Source of the DNA: Psammoneis japonica
Taxonomy: Eukaryota
Length of the DNA: 64,000 nt
Reading direction: 5' to 3'
NCBI GenBank assembly: GCA_008632985.1
Contig: QPGO01000064.1
Span: forward strand, 62,001 to 126,000
Shown: positions 22,411-33,177 of the stretch, piece by piece
Layout: every line of letters begins with the position of its first letter
Position numbering within the stretch: the stretch's first letter is position 1
Program-made: the position numbers and the translations under genes
The notes under the pieces: model-generated
What the model was told of the DNA's origin: nothing
Databases searched by the model: none
Seen by the model: only the letters and a program-made list of their open reading frames with translations

Positions 22411-24843
22411 ATGAACAACAGCGAAGAATCGAACAATGATGTGCAGCATCCTCTTGCGTTTGAACCAAAGTCCACCTGGCTCTTTATGGTATCGGTGATT
22501 GATCATCCAAAGTGGGAAAAACCTCGAAGTATCATTGGTGAAATTCGTATGCTTCAAATGTTTGAGGCCTTGTTGGATCCGGACAAAATCGTTTGCGTCA
22601 AGGATGAAAAAGCCACGAGGAAAAACGCGCAAGCGTCATTAGAACAAATGCTAAAGCGGCAACATCAACAAAGTAAACCAGATTCGTCGTCTTCTGATAC
22701 TCTTTTATTTTATTATGGGGGGCATGGGTTAAAGGGATACTTTTGTACAAATGAGGATCCGTGGTATCATGCTGAGATTGTACAAACAATTGAAGAGCAC
22801 TTTTCAGGGGACCAGGTGTGGTTGTTTGCAGACTGCTGCTTCTCCGGTTCTCTGGCGCACCAATTTACCAATTCAAAGTACACATTCAACAAGACCTATC
22901 TATGCTTCATGTCATCACAACCGCACGTGGAAGCGCGTGATGAGTGGGTCATGACTCGTTGTATCATTGACGTGATGGATGGCAACAACAATGTCGAGAA
23001 GGACGGAAGAACGAGATGCTGGACTCTGGAAAACGTTGTGAGTTTTGTTGCAGACGAAGAGGCCAGAACGACAAAAGACTGTGTTACAATCTACGTTCAT
23101 GGCAATGGAATTCGTCCTTATTCGAGGTTCCCTCAGGTGTCTCCTGAGCGAGTGCCGCCCATACCACAATGCCCTGTGGAGAAGCTCTTGTGTTTTTGCT
23201 GTTCCTCTCTCTGCTGTGCGGATATCCATAGGATGGATCCGTCAACGTCAGGATGGAAAGGAATCGATACGTGCAAAGTTGGTGATGTGGTTCATGCAAA
23301 GTGGCGAGGTGGAAAGACAGGAAGTGATGGTGGGTACGCATTTCCTGTATGGTTTCGTGGACAGATCTTGTCGTACAATGAAGGCTCGAAAGGCGCACTA
23401 GTCGAGTTGTCGGATCCCTTTATAGAGACACACAAATGGGAAACAGTGGTGACGTTGAGCAATATGCTGGCAGAGACTCACTTTGATTGGGAGGACAGTG
23501 ACAGTGAATCCTCCTCGGTGGCTGAATCAAATCGAATCAAGGCATCCATTCAAGCACACGTCGAACTTGCAAAGCAGCTCAAGTACTTGACGTTTTCTGA
23601 CATTGCGCCAGGCACAACCGTGAAAGGCCTGTGGAAAGACGACGTGTTGTATAATGCAACTATAATGGACAAAGACGAGGTCAACTGGGAACGGCTAAAG
23701 AGCAACGAACCGCGACAAGAGTTTAAGGATGTGGCGGGGGCCTTTGTCCCAGTCAAGTGGCATGGCGAGGACACCTGGAGTGTCGTTCCTCTAAGCTATT
23801 GCGTAGCCAAACAAAGTATGATCAGTGGGCCTCAAGTGCGACAAGAAGCGCTGGAGCAGGGAGCTAGAGACGCTGTTCGTATCAAGACACCCAAACACGC
23901 AATAATTATGGGCATGGAAGCCATGGGGAAAAGCGTTAGTTCGTCAACAGAATCTCTTGTGGGCACTAGAGTGCTTTCGTGTTTGTGTATTGCCAAGGAA
24001 GAGTGGGTTCCGGCCGTTGCAGCAACCATACAGGACATTCCCTTTGAGAGTTTAGCCGATCATCTCCATTTCGACGAAACAGGCGAGTACTGCACCGTCC
24101 AGTGGGATGACAACCAATTATCTAGCTACGCCACATTGCCACGAAAACTTGTTCAACCACGAAGCGACGCAGTCTCCAAGGCATGTCTTGATGCGCATGT
24201 TGCATTTGCAAGGCAGCTCAAGTACATTTCGTTTCATTCCATTCCACCTGGAACTCGAGTTCAAGTCATGTGGTGGGATAACGCATTTTATGGGGCCACC
24301 GTCATGGATAAGAATCAAGTGCATTGGGAACGATTGATACGGAACGAGCCCCTAACAGAATTTCAAAGCATGGTGGGTGCGTTTATTCCTGTTCGATGGG
24401 ATGACCCGGATCCAGACGAGAAGAAATGGGTCATCGTGCCCGACACGTACTGTATTGTTGAGAGTAGTCTTGCCGTGGAAAAGCCCATTGTATCCGGACG
24501 TGAGTTTCGAGAACAAGCTCGGGTACAAAATGAAAGAGATGCTTTGGAAATCAAAACACCACGAGATGCAGTGATGAAGGGTTTCCTGTCTGCCAGCAAG
24601 AAATTGTGCCTTTCGACAGAGTCGCTCATTGGATGTAACGAGCTGTCCTGTTTCACCAGTGAAAGAAACGAGTGGCTTCCAGCAAAAGCTGCGGATGTTA
24701 AAGATTTACAGCTTGAAGAGCTAGTGCATCACCTTGTCTATGACGACCAAGGAGAGTATTCTGCAATCGAATGGGTTCAATCAGATACTAGTGCACCTGG
24801 GCGTTTTTCCTTGCTCCCAAAGAGATTCGTGAGGATGCGCTGA
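22411..24843 (+). CDS. Caspase/metacaspase-like (clan CD) protease fused to Tudor-like repeats
   Basis: LLFYYGGHG and LFADCCFSG His-Cys dyad, KVGDVVHAKW...WFRGQI, and two ~213 aa tandem repeats starting ~23542 and ~24181. Confidence 0.8.
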   Translation: MNNSEESNNDVQHPLAFEPKSTWLFMVSVIDHPKWEKPRSIIGEIRMLQMFEALLDPDKIVCVKDEKATRKNAQASLEQMLKRQHQQSKPDSSSSDTLLFYYGGHGLKGYFCTNEDPWYHAEIVQTIEEHFSGDQVWLFADCCFSGSLAHQFTNSKYTFNKTYLCFMSSQPHVEARDEWVMTRCIIDVMDGNNNVEKDGRTRCWTLENVVSFVADEEARTTKDCVTIYVHGNGIRPYSRFPQVSPERVPPIPQCPVEKLLCFCCSSLCCADIHRMDPSTSGWKGIDTCKVGDVVHAKWRGGKTGSDGGYAFPVWFRGQILSYNEGSKGALVELSDPFIETHKWETVVTLSNMLAETHFDWEDSDSESSSVAESNRIKASIQAHVELAKQLKYLTFSDIAPGTTVKGLWKDDVLYNATIMDKDEVNWERLKSNEPRQEFKDVAGAFVPVKWHGEDTWSVVPLSYCVAKQSMISGPQVRQEALEQGARDAVRIKTPKHAIIMGMEAMGKSVSSSTESLVGTRVLSCLCIAKEEWVPAVAATIQDIPFESLADHLHFDETGEYCTVQWDDNQLSSYATLPRKLVQPRSDAVSKACLDAHVAFARQLKYISFHSIPPGTRVQVMWWDNAFYGATVMDKNQVHWERLIRNEPLTEFQSMVGAFIPVRWDDPDPDEKKWVIVPDTYCIVESSLAVEKPIVSGREFREQARVQNERDALEIKTPRDAVMKGFLSASKKLCLSTESLIGCNELSCFTSERNEWLPAKAADVKDLQLEELVHHLVYDDQGEYSAIEWVQSDTSAPGRFSLLPKRFVRMR

Positions 24844-25591
24844 CTGCTGTTGCAAGAACTCTTCACTGCCACGGTTATGAAAACATGCATTTGGGTCCAT
24901 TTCTCAGCCCACTAGTGCTAGGTACCTAGAAGAGAGAAGTAGTTTCGCACGCATTGTTGCTGAAGCTAGTTGAGAAATACTTCTCCATTCAACAAGAGTG
25001 GCTAGTTCAAGGTTGTTGAAAAAGTGGGAATGTGTAGTCGTACAAGTACGCTGTGTACTTAGTCGTACCGGTACGCTCTCTAGCAGGGCCTCTAGGCCCT
25101 ACTCTCTCTAAGCCCTAGAGTAGATTCTCAGAGTAGGGCCCTCTGCTCTCTACTAGAGTAGAGAGACGGGTACGGTATTCTCTTGGACCACGAGATGAGA
25201 CGCCCATTTTGAATTTACAAATTTTTTTTACAGCACTGTACTGTAGCACGTGGAGACCGAGACACGAACACTTCACGCACACAGAATAGTTCGGACAAAC
25301 GTAGAAGTACTTACATACGTGACTGCCAGACGTGCTGACGTGGTTCCGCAAGACTAAATCCTTCAAGTATGAAGATTTAGTATATCGCCTGACTTACGCA
25401 TGTGACCGAGCACACACATCATCAAACCATGATGGGCGGCGTGGGAACAGAACAATTCGATCTGCTTGTAAAACCGCTGAAAACTTGTGCTGACGACGTT
25501 CAACCACACAGATATCGCTTACAAGTTGTTGTTGTTGTATCCTATAAGAGTCCTTGCTGGTGATAGATAGGTGGTTTTTCTTATCGTGAAC

Positions 25592-28500
25592 ATGAACGTC
25601 GTGATGACCAAGAGCTTTCTTGACAAAATCACCGACGATGGTGTTTCTTGGAACAAGGAGGAGGACGAGATGGATTATGCTTCCGATTCGTCTGACGATT
25701 CTTCGGACGAAGAAGATGATGACGAGGCCATGGAAGTCGAACAAGAACCTGCTGTTGCTGCCGTAGCTGATGTCAACGAAGCTGAGCCGAACGCTGAAGA
25801 GCAGGCAGTTGAGGCAGAAGAAGAAGAAGAAGAAGAAGCTGATTCTCCCTCCAGCTCGGGTCAACCTACCAAACGAGCTACAATCATGAAGAACTTGCGC
25901 AATCACCCCCGCAGCAAAGAATTGTTGTTTCAGGTGGCTCGGAGCGAAGAGACGCCTCTGACAGATGATGTTGATTGGAAGGAGATTGCATCAAACGTCA
26001 AGACCTACCCGGCTGCGGAGTTGGGCGACAACTGGGGTGCTGTTCTGCTTCAGGGTATTCTTCGAATGAATCCGCCAGTGTTTGTTGTTCAGAAGACAGT
26101 TGCATTGTACCCTAAAGCTTGCCTTGATATGCGGGCATTTTACTCTGCTTGCCAGTTTGGGTACTCAATGAACGACGACGTTGTGGAGCTTGTCATGCAC
26201 CATGCCATGGAGGCAAGGCGAAAAGAGGGCATTCAGTGGGGTATGTTGGCATTCCTAGGAGATGCCAGAGTGCGGACTAGGCATGCAAGAATCTTGCTTA
26301 GAGCTTCACCGACAGCTGTGATTGATCCAGACTATGGCATACATGGGGTGAGCCCGTTGGATCGGATGTTGTCCGGGGCATTGATTCATGGCGATGACAT
26401 TGAATGGGCCGAAAAGCTAAAGCTTGCTCTTTTGACGGCGAAGTTTGGATCTGTTGATTCGGCAGATGCACGAAATGAGGCCGGGGGTAGGGGTTGGTTT
26501 CCCTTCCATACGTTGATTCGACGCTTGATTTCGAAGGACTTTATGGGCGTGAGGTTTGGAAAATATTCCTTCTTGAGAACTCTCTCTGCGTGCCTGCGAG
26601 CAGGTTTCTCCTGTCAAAAAGCGTGCAGTAGAGGCGACCTCCCACTTCATACTGCGCTCAGAAGAGAATGTAAAACAAACCTGGATGTCGTGGGAGAACG
26701 AAAACTCATCAAATTCTTGCTGAGCGCGCACCCTAGCTCTGCTACGATTCCCGATGGCGATGGAGAGCTCCCGATAAGGTTGGCGTTAAAGAATGGCTGG
26801 CTCTGCCATGATCTTCTTGTAGACGCATCTCCACAAACTCTTCATACCAAAGATCATAACGGCAATCTTGCGATTCATGTCGCTTTGAGTGGGAAGTGTC
26901 ACAGCCGCTTCGGTGTCAGCGGGTCGAGGGACGTCATCAAGTATATCCTGCACCAGTACCCACGTGCCGCTTCTATCCCGGATGGTAAGGGCAGGCTTCC
27001 ACTTCACTTGGCGGTCGAGAATGGTTGGCCGTGCCATGACCTCATTGCATCTGCTGCGCCAAAATCACTTGTGACTCGAGACATCACGAACGGGCTCTAC
27101 CCCTTTCAGATTGCAGCCCTTTCTCTCCAAAATAGTGAACCGATTGGTTCTACCATTCTATTTGAGCTGATCAAGTATTGTCCTGCGCTTCTGGGTGTTA
27201 ACAGCTCCGGTTCATTTTCTAAAAATGGGAATCTCAAGCAGGCGCCCATATCAAGCGTTCTCGCAAGTTACTCCGACGAGGGTCTTGTTTTGGATAAAGT
27301 AGCAGTTCATGACGAAGATTCGGATTCTTCATCATCGGATGACGACTCTTCAGACGAGGAAGATGATGAGGGTCAGAAGCAACCGCCACCTACACGTGCA
27401 GCTGCCACAGGACAGGAAGAGTCTGACGAAGAAACGGATCAGATGCCGCACCTTCCAATTAATTCAATCCTCATTATGGAAAACTCCCGTAATCATCCAA
27501 GGAGCGATGAGCTTCTCTTCCGAGTCCTACGAAGTGGAGAGACACCAATGGTTCGCGGAGACATTGACTGGAGTCTGCTCACCTCGCAAATTAAAACCTA
27601 TCCAGCAACAGAACTAGGTGACGCAAGAGGAAGTTTACTATTGCAAAGCATACTTCGTATGGACCCACCGATTTTTGTCGTTCGAAAGGCTGTCGCGGCC
27701 CTTCCAAATGCTTGTTTGGATATGGAAGCATTCTATGCGGCGTGTCAATTTGGATCTCATCGCAACGACGATGTCGTGGAGCTCGTCATGCACCACACAA
27801 TGGAGGAGCGTCGCAAGCAAGGCATTCAATGGGGCATGCTTGCGTTTTTGGGAGACGCAAGAGTGCGCACCCGGCATGCCAAGATACTACTAAAGGCTTC
27901 GCCTACGGCTGTTACTGATCCTAGCCATGGGCTGTATGGTGTAAGTCCGTTGGATCGAATGCTATCAGGAGCACTCATCCACGGCGACGATATTGAATGG
28001 GTGGAAAAGTTGAAAGTTGCGCTGCTCACGGCTAAGTATGGATCAGTCGACGCAGCCGTTGCTCGCGATGACAAGGGTGGTGCTAGCTGGTTTCCTTTCC
28101 ACACATTAGTTCGTCGATTAATTCGTAAAGACTTCCTGGGCGTTCGATTTGGGAAGTTTACATTCCTGAGGACCCTGAATGCGTGTGTTCGGGGTGGCTT
28201 CTCTTGTAAGGATACAGACAGGAAGGGCGACCTTCCTATTCACATTGCTCTTAAAAGAGAATGCAACACGAACCTAGACACAGAGGGGGAAAGAAAACTT
28301 ATCAAGTTCTTGTTGAAAGAGCATCCAAGTTCTGCAACTATTCCGGACGGGGATGGAGAGCTTCCCCTACGCTTGGCGGTTCTAAATGGATGGCCGTGCT
28401 ACGATCTTCTGCTTGACGCAACGCCGCAAACTCTCGACACCAGAGACTCCAATGGGAATCTGGCGATCCACGTCGCGCTAGATGGGAAGTTTCATCCGCG

Positions 28501-28894
28501 ATTTGGTAATTCAGGATCTAGGGACATTGTCAAGTATCTGCTGGACAAAAATCCCGGCTCGGCTGCTATGCCAGACGGCAAAGGCAGGCTTCCGCTTCAT
28601 CTGGCTATGGAGAACGGATGGCCCTGTCATGACCTCATAATGGCGGCAGCACCGCGAGCACTTGAGACTCGAGACGTCACAACCAAGTTGTATCCATTTC
28701 AGATTGCTGCGATTGCGCTTCAGACTCCGAAAGAAGAAGACAAGGAGAAATACTTGCGAGAGCTGAGCATACTGTTTGAATTGATCGGGTATGGCCCTCT
28801 TGCGTTGACGCGTGGTTTAGGCCTGCATATTGATGAGCCAACTCGAAAGAGGAAGCGCACCGCTGATTCTGTCGAGACCGGGAACAAGAAATGA
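25592..28894 (+). CDS. Ankyrin-repeat protein made of two duplicated halves
   Basis: GDLPLHTAL, GNLAIHVAL and GRLPLHLA repeats. Halves begin MKNLRNHPRS (25886) and MENSRNHPRS (27476), each after an acidic tract. C-terminal RKRKR. Start position uncertain. Confidence 0.85.
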   Translation: MNVVMTKSFLDKITDDGVSWNKEEDEMDYASDSSDDSSDEEDDDEAMEVEQEPAVAAVADVNEAEPNAEEQAVEAEEEEEEEADSPSSSGQPTKRATIMKNLRNHPRSKELLFQVARSEETPLTDDVDWKEIASNVKTYPAAELGDNWGAVLLQGILRMNPPVFVVQKTVALYPKACLDMRAFYSACQFGYSMNDDVVELVMHHAMEARRKEGIQWGMLAFLGDARVRTRHARILLRASPTAVIDPDYGIHGVSPLDRMLSGALIHGDDIEWAEKLKLALLTAKFGSVDSADARNEAGGRGWFPFHTLIRRLISKDFMGVRFGKYSFLRTLSACLRAGFSCQKACSRGDLPLHTALRRECKTNLDVVGERKLIKFLLSAHPSSATIPDGDGELPIRLALKNGWLCHDLLVDASPQTLHTKDHNGNLAIHVALSGKCHSRFGVSGSRDVIKYILHQYPRAASIPDGKGRLPLHLAVENGWPCHDLIASAAPKSLVTRDITNGLYPFQIAALSLQNSEPIGSTILFELIKYCPALLGVNSSGSFSKNGNLKQAPISSVLASYSDEGLVLDKVAVHDEDSDSSSSDDDSSDEEDDEGQKQPPPTRAAATGQEESDEETDQMPHLPINSILIMENSRNHPRSDELLFRVLRSGETPMVRGDIDWSLLTSQIKTYPATELGDARGSLLLQSILRMDPPIFVVRKAVAALPNACLDMEAFYAACQFGSHRNDDVVELVMHHTMEERRKQGIQWGMLAFLGDARVRTRHAKILLKASPTAVTDPSHGLYGVSPLDRMLSGALIHGDDIEWVEKLKVALLTAKYGSVDAAVARDDKGGASWFPFHTLVRRLIRKDFLGVRFGKFTFLRTLNACVRGGFSCKDTDRKGDLPIHIALKRECNTNLDTEGERKLIKFLLKEHPSSATIPDGDGELPLRLAVLNGWPCYDLLLDATPQTLDTRDSNGNLAIHVALDGKFHPRFGNSGSRDIVKYLLDKNPGSAAMPDGKGRLPLHLAMENGWPCHDLIMAAAPRALETRDVTTKLYPFQIAAIALQTPKEEDKEKYLRELSILFELIGYGPLALTRGLGLHIDEPTRKRKRTADSVETGNKK

Positions 28895-29137
28895 AACATC
28901 GAGAATGATTGTACCCCATGACTTGGGTTGACTTGGGGACACAGGGAAGCTTTTTATTGTGCGGGATTTGTTTATTTCGTGGACTTGTTCACGGATGTAT
29001 TTGTTTGTGATTGCGTTGAACTAAAAGTTTAGGAATAAAAGTTTTGCAATAAGAAAGGTAGGGCTGGTCTCTGCAGGTGCTGTATCCATTTATATTAGCA
29101 TTAGGGCCCTATTGAGAAAGACATATCAAACACGGCG

Positions 29138-30363
29138 TCATCTCAGCTCATGCCGAACCTCTTGCTGTAATGATATCCCAAATACGTCTTCCATTTTAGC
29201 TAGAACGACGTTTGCTACGTCTTGGACGGAGGGCACGTCATTCTCGGTGGAGGATAAGATTGTGGCTATGCTCGTGACACCGCCATCCTCAACTCCGCAT
29301 GGCAAGATGACGGAAGTATCAAAAAAGCCCAAGTCCACATTGACATTAATGGCGAATCCGTGTGTCGTGATCCACCGGGAGCTCGAAACACCAACAGCTG
29401 CGATCTTATCATTTCCTACCCACACACCTACGAAATAATGGAAATGAAGAATGTTTCAAGGACGTTATTGTGCAAGTAAGCATCCAACACGCGAAGAGAA
29501 ATCGAATCAATCAATGACCCTAGCGATTGAAAAGTCCCCCGTTTTCGGTAGCACGTACCTGTATTCTTTTCATTTCTTGTTGCTGCGATGCCATAATGCC
29601 ACAACGTATCTATCACAACCTGCTCAATTTTTCGTAAGTACATGTGCAGGTCTTGCTCCTGGAGTTTGGCTAAATCCAACATAGGATAACAAACAAGTTG
29701 CCCAGGACCGTGATAAGTCACTTCGCCACCTCTTTCGACGCGGTAGATTGGCACCGAATTCGGTGCCAAGACAGGAAATGATAGGTCTATAAGTGTATAA
29801 AGGGAAAATGTGAATGAAGGCACTCACAATCAACATTATGTTCAGATCTCCCCAAGCTCACCTACGAGGTCATTTACAGCTTTCTCTAAAGATTCGCTCG
29901 GTGGTTGCAAAGCATCCCTTACAACCTGAAGACGATGTTTGTTCATAATAAGTCTTGAAGACTGCAAATCATGGTTGGAACGACAAAGCAAACGTCGAAC
30001 ATCATCATCGTCCTTGTCTTCGAGGAAGGTCAGGTAGTTCTCGTCTGCACCTCGACCCAACGTGTAGACAGGATCATGTTCTAAGAGCATCAACACGTCA
30101 TGATCGTTGAATTTCAAATGTTCTTCTTTTCGTCGTCGACGATCTAATCGATTTTGAAGTAAGACTTGCTGCCATGCCCAGCCTCGAACGTAATCTATTT
30201 TCTTCCCAGAAGAATCAAGAGAGGAATATATTCTTGTCTCATATTCATCATTTTGTACCCGTGCAAAACTGCTTGAGCATCTTCGGATAACATCGTTTAG
30301 CGTAGCGCCATTTCTCCTCTTTGCTTCACTGAAAACATTTGCCAACAATCGTTTCTTCGCCAT
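29138..30363 (-). CDS. lipB: Lipoyl(octanoyl) transferase; exons 30363-29862, 29786-29559, 29427-29138
   Basis: LLEHDPVYTLGRG, RGGEVTYHGPGQLVCYP, GVWVGNDKIAAVG, TTHGFAINV, PCG. Both GT-AG introns are phase-consistent. Confidence 0.92.
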
Positions 30364-30822
30364 GGTCGATGCCGTTGCCGCAGTCCTCTGTGTTGCGTCG
30401 TGTTGCGTGTTGCGGTTTTATCACCATCGCAGAGAAGACGAATAGGTGCAGTCGAATGAGTCATGTGGCATGGAATCGAAGATGGCGGGCGTTTCCTACG
30501 GTATACCGGCTCTGGTTCCATCCACCGAAGCTTATGTATGGTCACTGGTTTACTCTCCCGCGTGAGACTATCTTTTCATTTCAATACATTCTCAAATTGG
30601 GAATTAATTGCTTTAGGGATTGAGATGAGACGACTCGACATCATAATATCAAAGGTGGAATGGAATCCTGCGGTGCTTGCTACCGTACAAACTGTGTTGT
30701 GGGGAACTTTTCACTGCTAGCTGAGGACCAAACCTTAAGCTCTATGGGGACCAAATTCTGAACGGACATTTTTAATAACATAGGTTAAAATGGCTACCTC
30801 GCCGAGCTCGCTTTCAGCACAA

Positions 30823-33177
30823 TTACGCCCAGGGATTAGGACCACTCGCATCGCGTAGATGATTAACTTCAATCTTGTGTGATTTCAAACGATCGCGGAT
30901 AGTGGAGGCTAAAGCGATCTGCCGGGACGTTCGATCCGCGGGAGGGTCCTCTTTGTTGGATGCCTGCTCTTCCTCTTCCTCTTTGCCATCATCGGCACCG
31001 AGCGATTCCAGGATATCATCGACGGCCTTGTGTAACCTAGAAACGTCCGACGATTCTTCGTCATCGTCCGCAGAGAGAGCGAGAAATGCCCGAAGAAAGC
31101 CAATTAATGCCTGCGTCACGGCCATTTCGTCCAGCAGCGGCTTAAGTTCTTCTTCCACATTGTACACTGGTAGCCGCTTGAAACGAGCAGCATCGGTCCA
31201 GAAGAAGACTGCTGCCTTGCGGAGCTTTGTCGCGGGGAGAAGGAATGTCGCCTTGTAGTCCTCTTGATCAATCTTATTAAATCCATCCTCATCCATGGAA
31301 GTTTTCAACAAAGACTCATAAGCCTCTTCTAGAGCGCTCAAATACTTTCTCGCATGTTTCGGATCACCACCTCTCACAAAAGGTGGGATTAACGCCACGA
31401 TCATTGCGGTTAGCACCCCAGTCAGAGTTGCAACAACACGATTCGCGGTGAGATCATTTTTAGTTCCTTTGCCTGTGTACGTTTCCATTGCAATCAATGC
31501 ATTCGTCACTGCAAAAAAGCCCCAGGCATGCGTGCAATTGTAGCCAGCTGCCCCGAGGCGAGAAGGGATGCCCGGCAAGAGATCAAAATTAGCAGCCAAA
31601 AGATTCGTCACGGTCAACCAAGCTACGAGACCATATGGATTGATGGACGCATCATCGTCATAACTCCAACTGCAGACAATGATCCCCAGCCACGCAATAA
31701 AACCACCAAACGCCGTTCCAAGCATGCGCTGAACACCCTTTTTACACGTCCCCTCCAGTGTAACAGACCATGAAAAAGCAAATGTGAGCAGCTCCCACCC
31801 GGAAAAGACATTTCCAACAAATCCGTCATCCGGACGAATAGCGTAATTTGCGTAGGCCTTCCAGTAGACTCGCATAATGAACAAAACGGTAAATCCAACT
31901 ACCAACTTGAGGCCCCAAAGGAAACTCCACCAGTCCCAACTCTTGGGCTTCAAGACAAGTGTCGAAGCGGATGCCACGCGCTCAAGGGGAAGCAACGTAA
32001 GCAAAAAGATCTTGGTCCAGGCCGTGCCAATGTGCTTCATTCCCTGTAGGCAGGACTCTGGAGGCTTGGGGAGGTGCAGATCTTTCAACCACACAATCGT
32101 AGCGTCTCTCACCTGGACGGCTTGCTTGTGCACAAACCAAGTTTCATCGAGACGAGCACTCTCATGGTGTTGATGCTCATCGCCGTTTTGTCCTTCCACC
32201 GACTCTGATGGTGTGGTATCCTCCAATGTCTTGATACTATCTGGGTCATTGGAAGATAATGCAGAGGCACAACCGTTGACGATATCCAGTGTCTCTTTCA
32301 GGGCGGCCTTCTCCGGTTCCGACAACTCAACGTCCTTCTTCCAAGTGGAAGCCAAGAGAGAGTATAGCATCAATGCATCCGTCTGTACCATGAGTTCTTT
32401 GAAGGACGGCACGAGGCTCTCGGCGGGAGCGCGAAAAGGACGCGGTTCAAATAAAATCATGTTGGCAATGGTCCCTTCTGCAATGATGGTCCATATATGG
32501 ATAAACTTTCCCTGCACCTGTTGTAGCTTGCCCCCAATAAGGGCAGCTACCAGATGAAGCGCACCGGGCAACACCCCGGCGGAGAGCGTGTTTCGGGCCG
32601 TCCGAATAGGAGGTAAAAGAACGACAAAAGCGAGCAAGGCGACGCCCCAGCAAACCGCAATCAAAAAGTTGCGATAAAAGGCGTTGGGGTTGGTGGTGCC
32701 TCGTTCCGTCCAGAGGTCTCCAATAGCAGACAAACCGTCATCACCTTGTCTTTCCTCTTCTTCGACTGCTTCAAAGTGCGACAAGGCCAACATGGCAGCG
32801 ATTCCAATCTGAACGTTGGCCAGCGCTACAGTCTTGTCGTAATGCGGACCAAAGAAGAGACTCACCATGAGCAAACAAAAGATGGCAAAGATTGCCACAA
32901 AGAGTCCGTCCGAGACTGTCGCCGCTGCGAGAAGCATAGTTGAATACACCGAAGCCAATACAAAGGCAACAATAACTGAGGGCAGGAGGCCGGGGATCCG
33001 AAAGAACAGACTCGGCAGGCTAAATGACAGGGCCGTTCCGACCAACGTCACAAAGAAGGAAAACGCAGGTGGGACGACCTTGGGGATCTCAGCAACGCCG
33101 AGACAGTAGCTTCCCAGCAGACAGAGGCCCAAGCGGGCAAGAGATTCCGCTTTGATGCGATCCGGTAGCCATTTCAT
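30823..33177 (-). CDS. Aromatic acid exporter/FUSC/ALMT-like membrane transporter
   Basis: 784 aa with two multi-TM blocks. EGTCKKGVQRMLGTAFGG and NRVVATLTGV motifs. Confidence 0.75.
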   Translation of the reverse strand: MKWLPDRIKAESLARLGLCLLGSYCLGVAEIPKVVPPAFSFFVTLVGTALSFSLPSLFFRIPGLLPSVIVAFVLASVYSTMLLAAATVSDGLFVAIFAIFCLLMVSLFFGPHYDKTVALANVQIGIAAMLALSHFEAVEEEERQGDDGLSAIGDLWTERGTTNPNAFYRNFLIAVCWGVALLAFVVLLPPIRTARNTLSAGVLPGALHLVAALIGGKLQQVQGKFIHIWTIIAEGTIANMILFEPRPFRAPAESLVPSFKELMVQTDALMLYSLLASTWKKDVELSEPEKAALKETLDIVNGCASALSSNDPDSIKTLEDTTPSESVEGQNGDEHQHHESARLDETWFVHKQAVQVRDATIVWLKDLHLPKPPESCLQGMKHIGTAWTKIFLLTLLPLERVASASTLVLKPKSWDWWSFLWGLKLVVGFTVLFIMRVYWKAYANYAIRPDDGFVGNVFSGWELLTFAFSWSVTLEGTCKKGVQRMLGTAFGGFIAWLGIIVCSWSYDDDASINPYGLVAWLTVTNLLAANFDLLPGIPSRLGAAGYNCTHAWGFFAVTNALIAMETYTGKGTKNDLTANRVVATLTGVLTAMIVALIPPFVRGGDPKHARKYLSALEEAYESLLKTSMDEDGFNKIDQEDYKATFLLPATKLRKAAVFFWTDAARFKRLPVYNVEEELKPLLDEMAVTQALIGFLRAFLALSADDDEESSDVSRLHKAVDDILESLGADDGKEEEEEQASNKEDPPADRTSRQIALASTIRDRLKSHKIEVNHLRDASGPNPWA

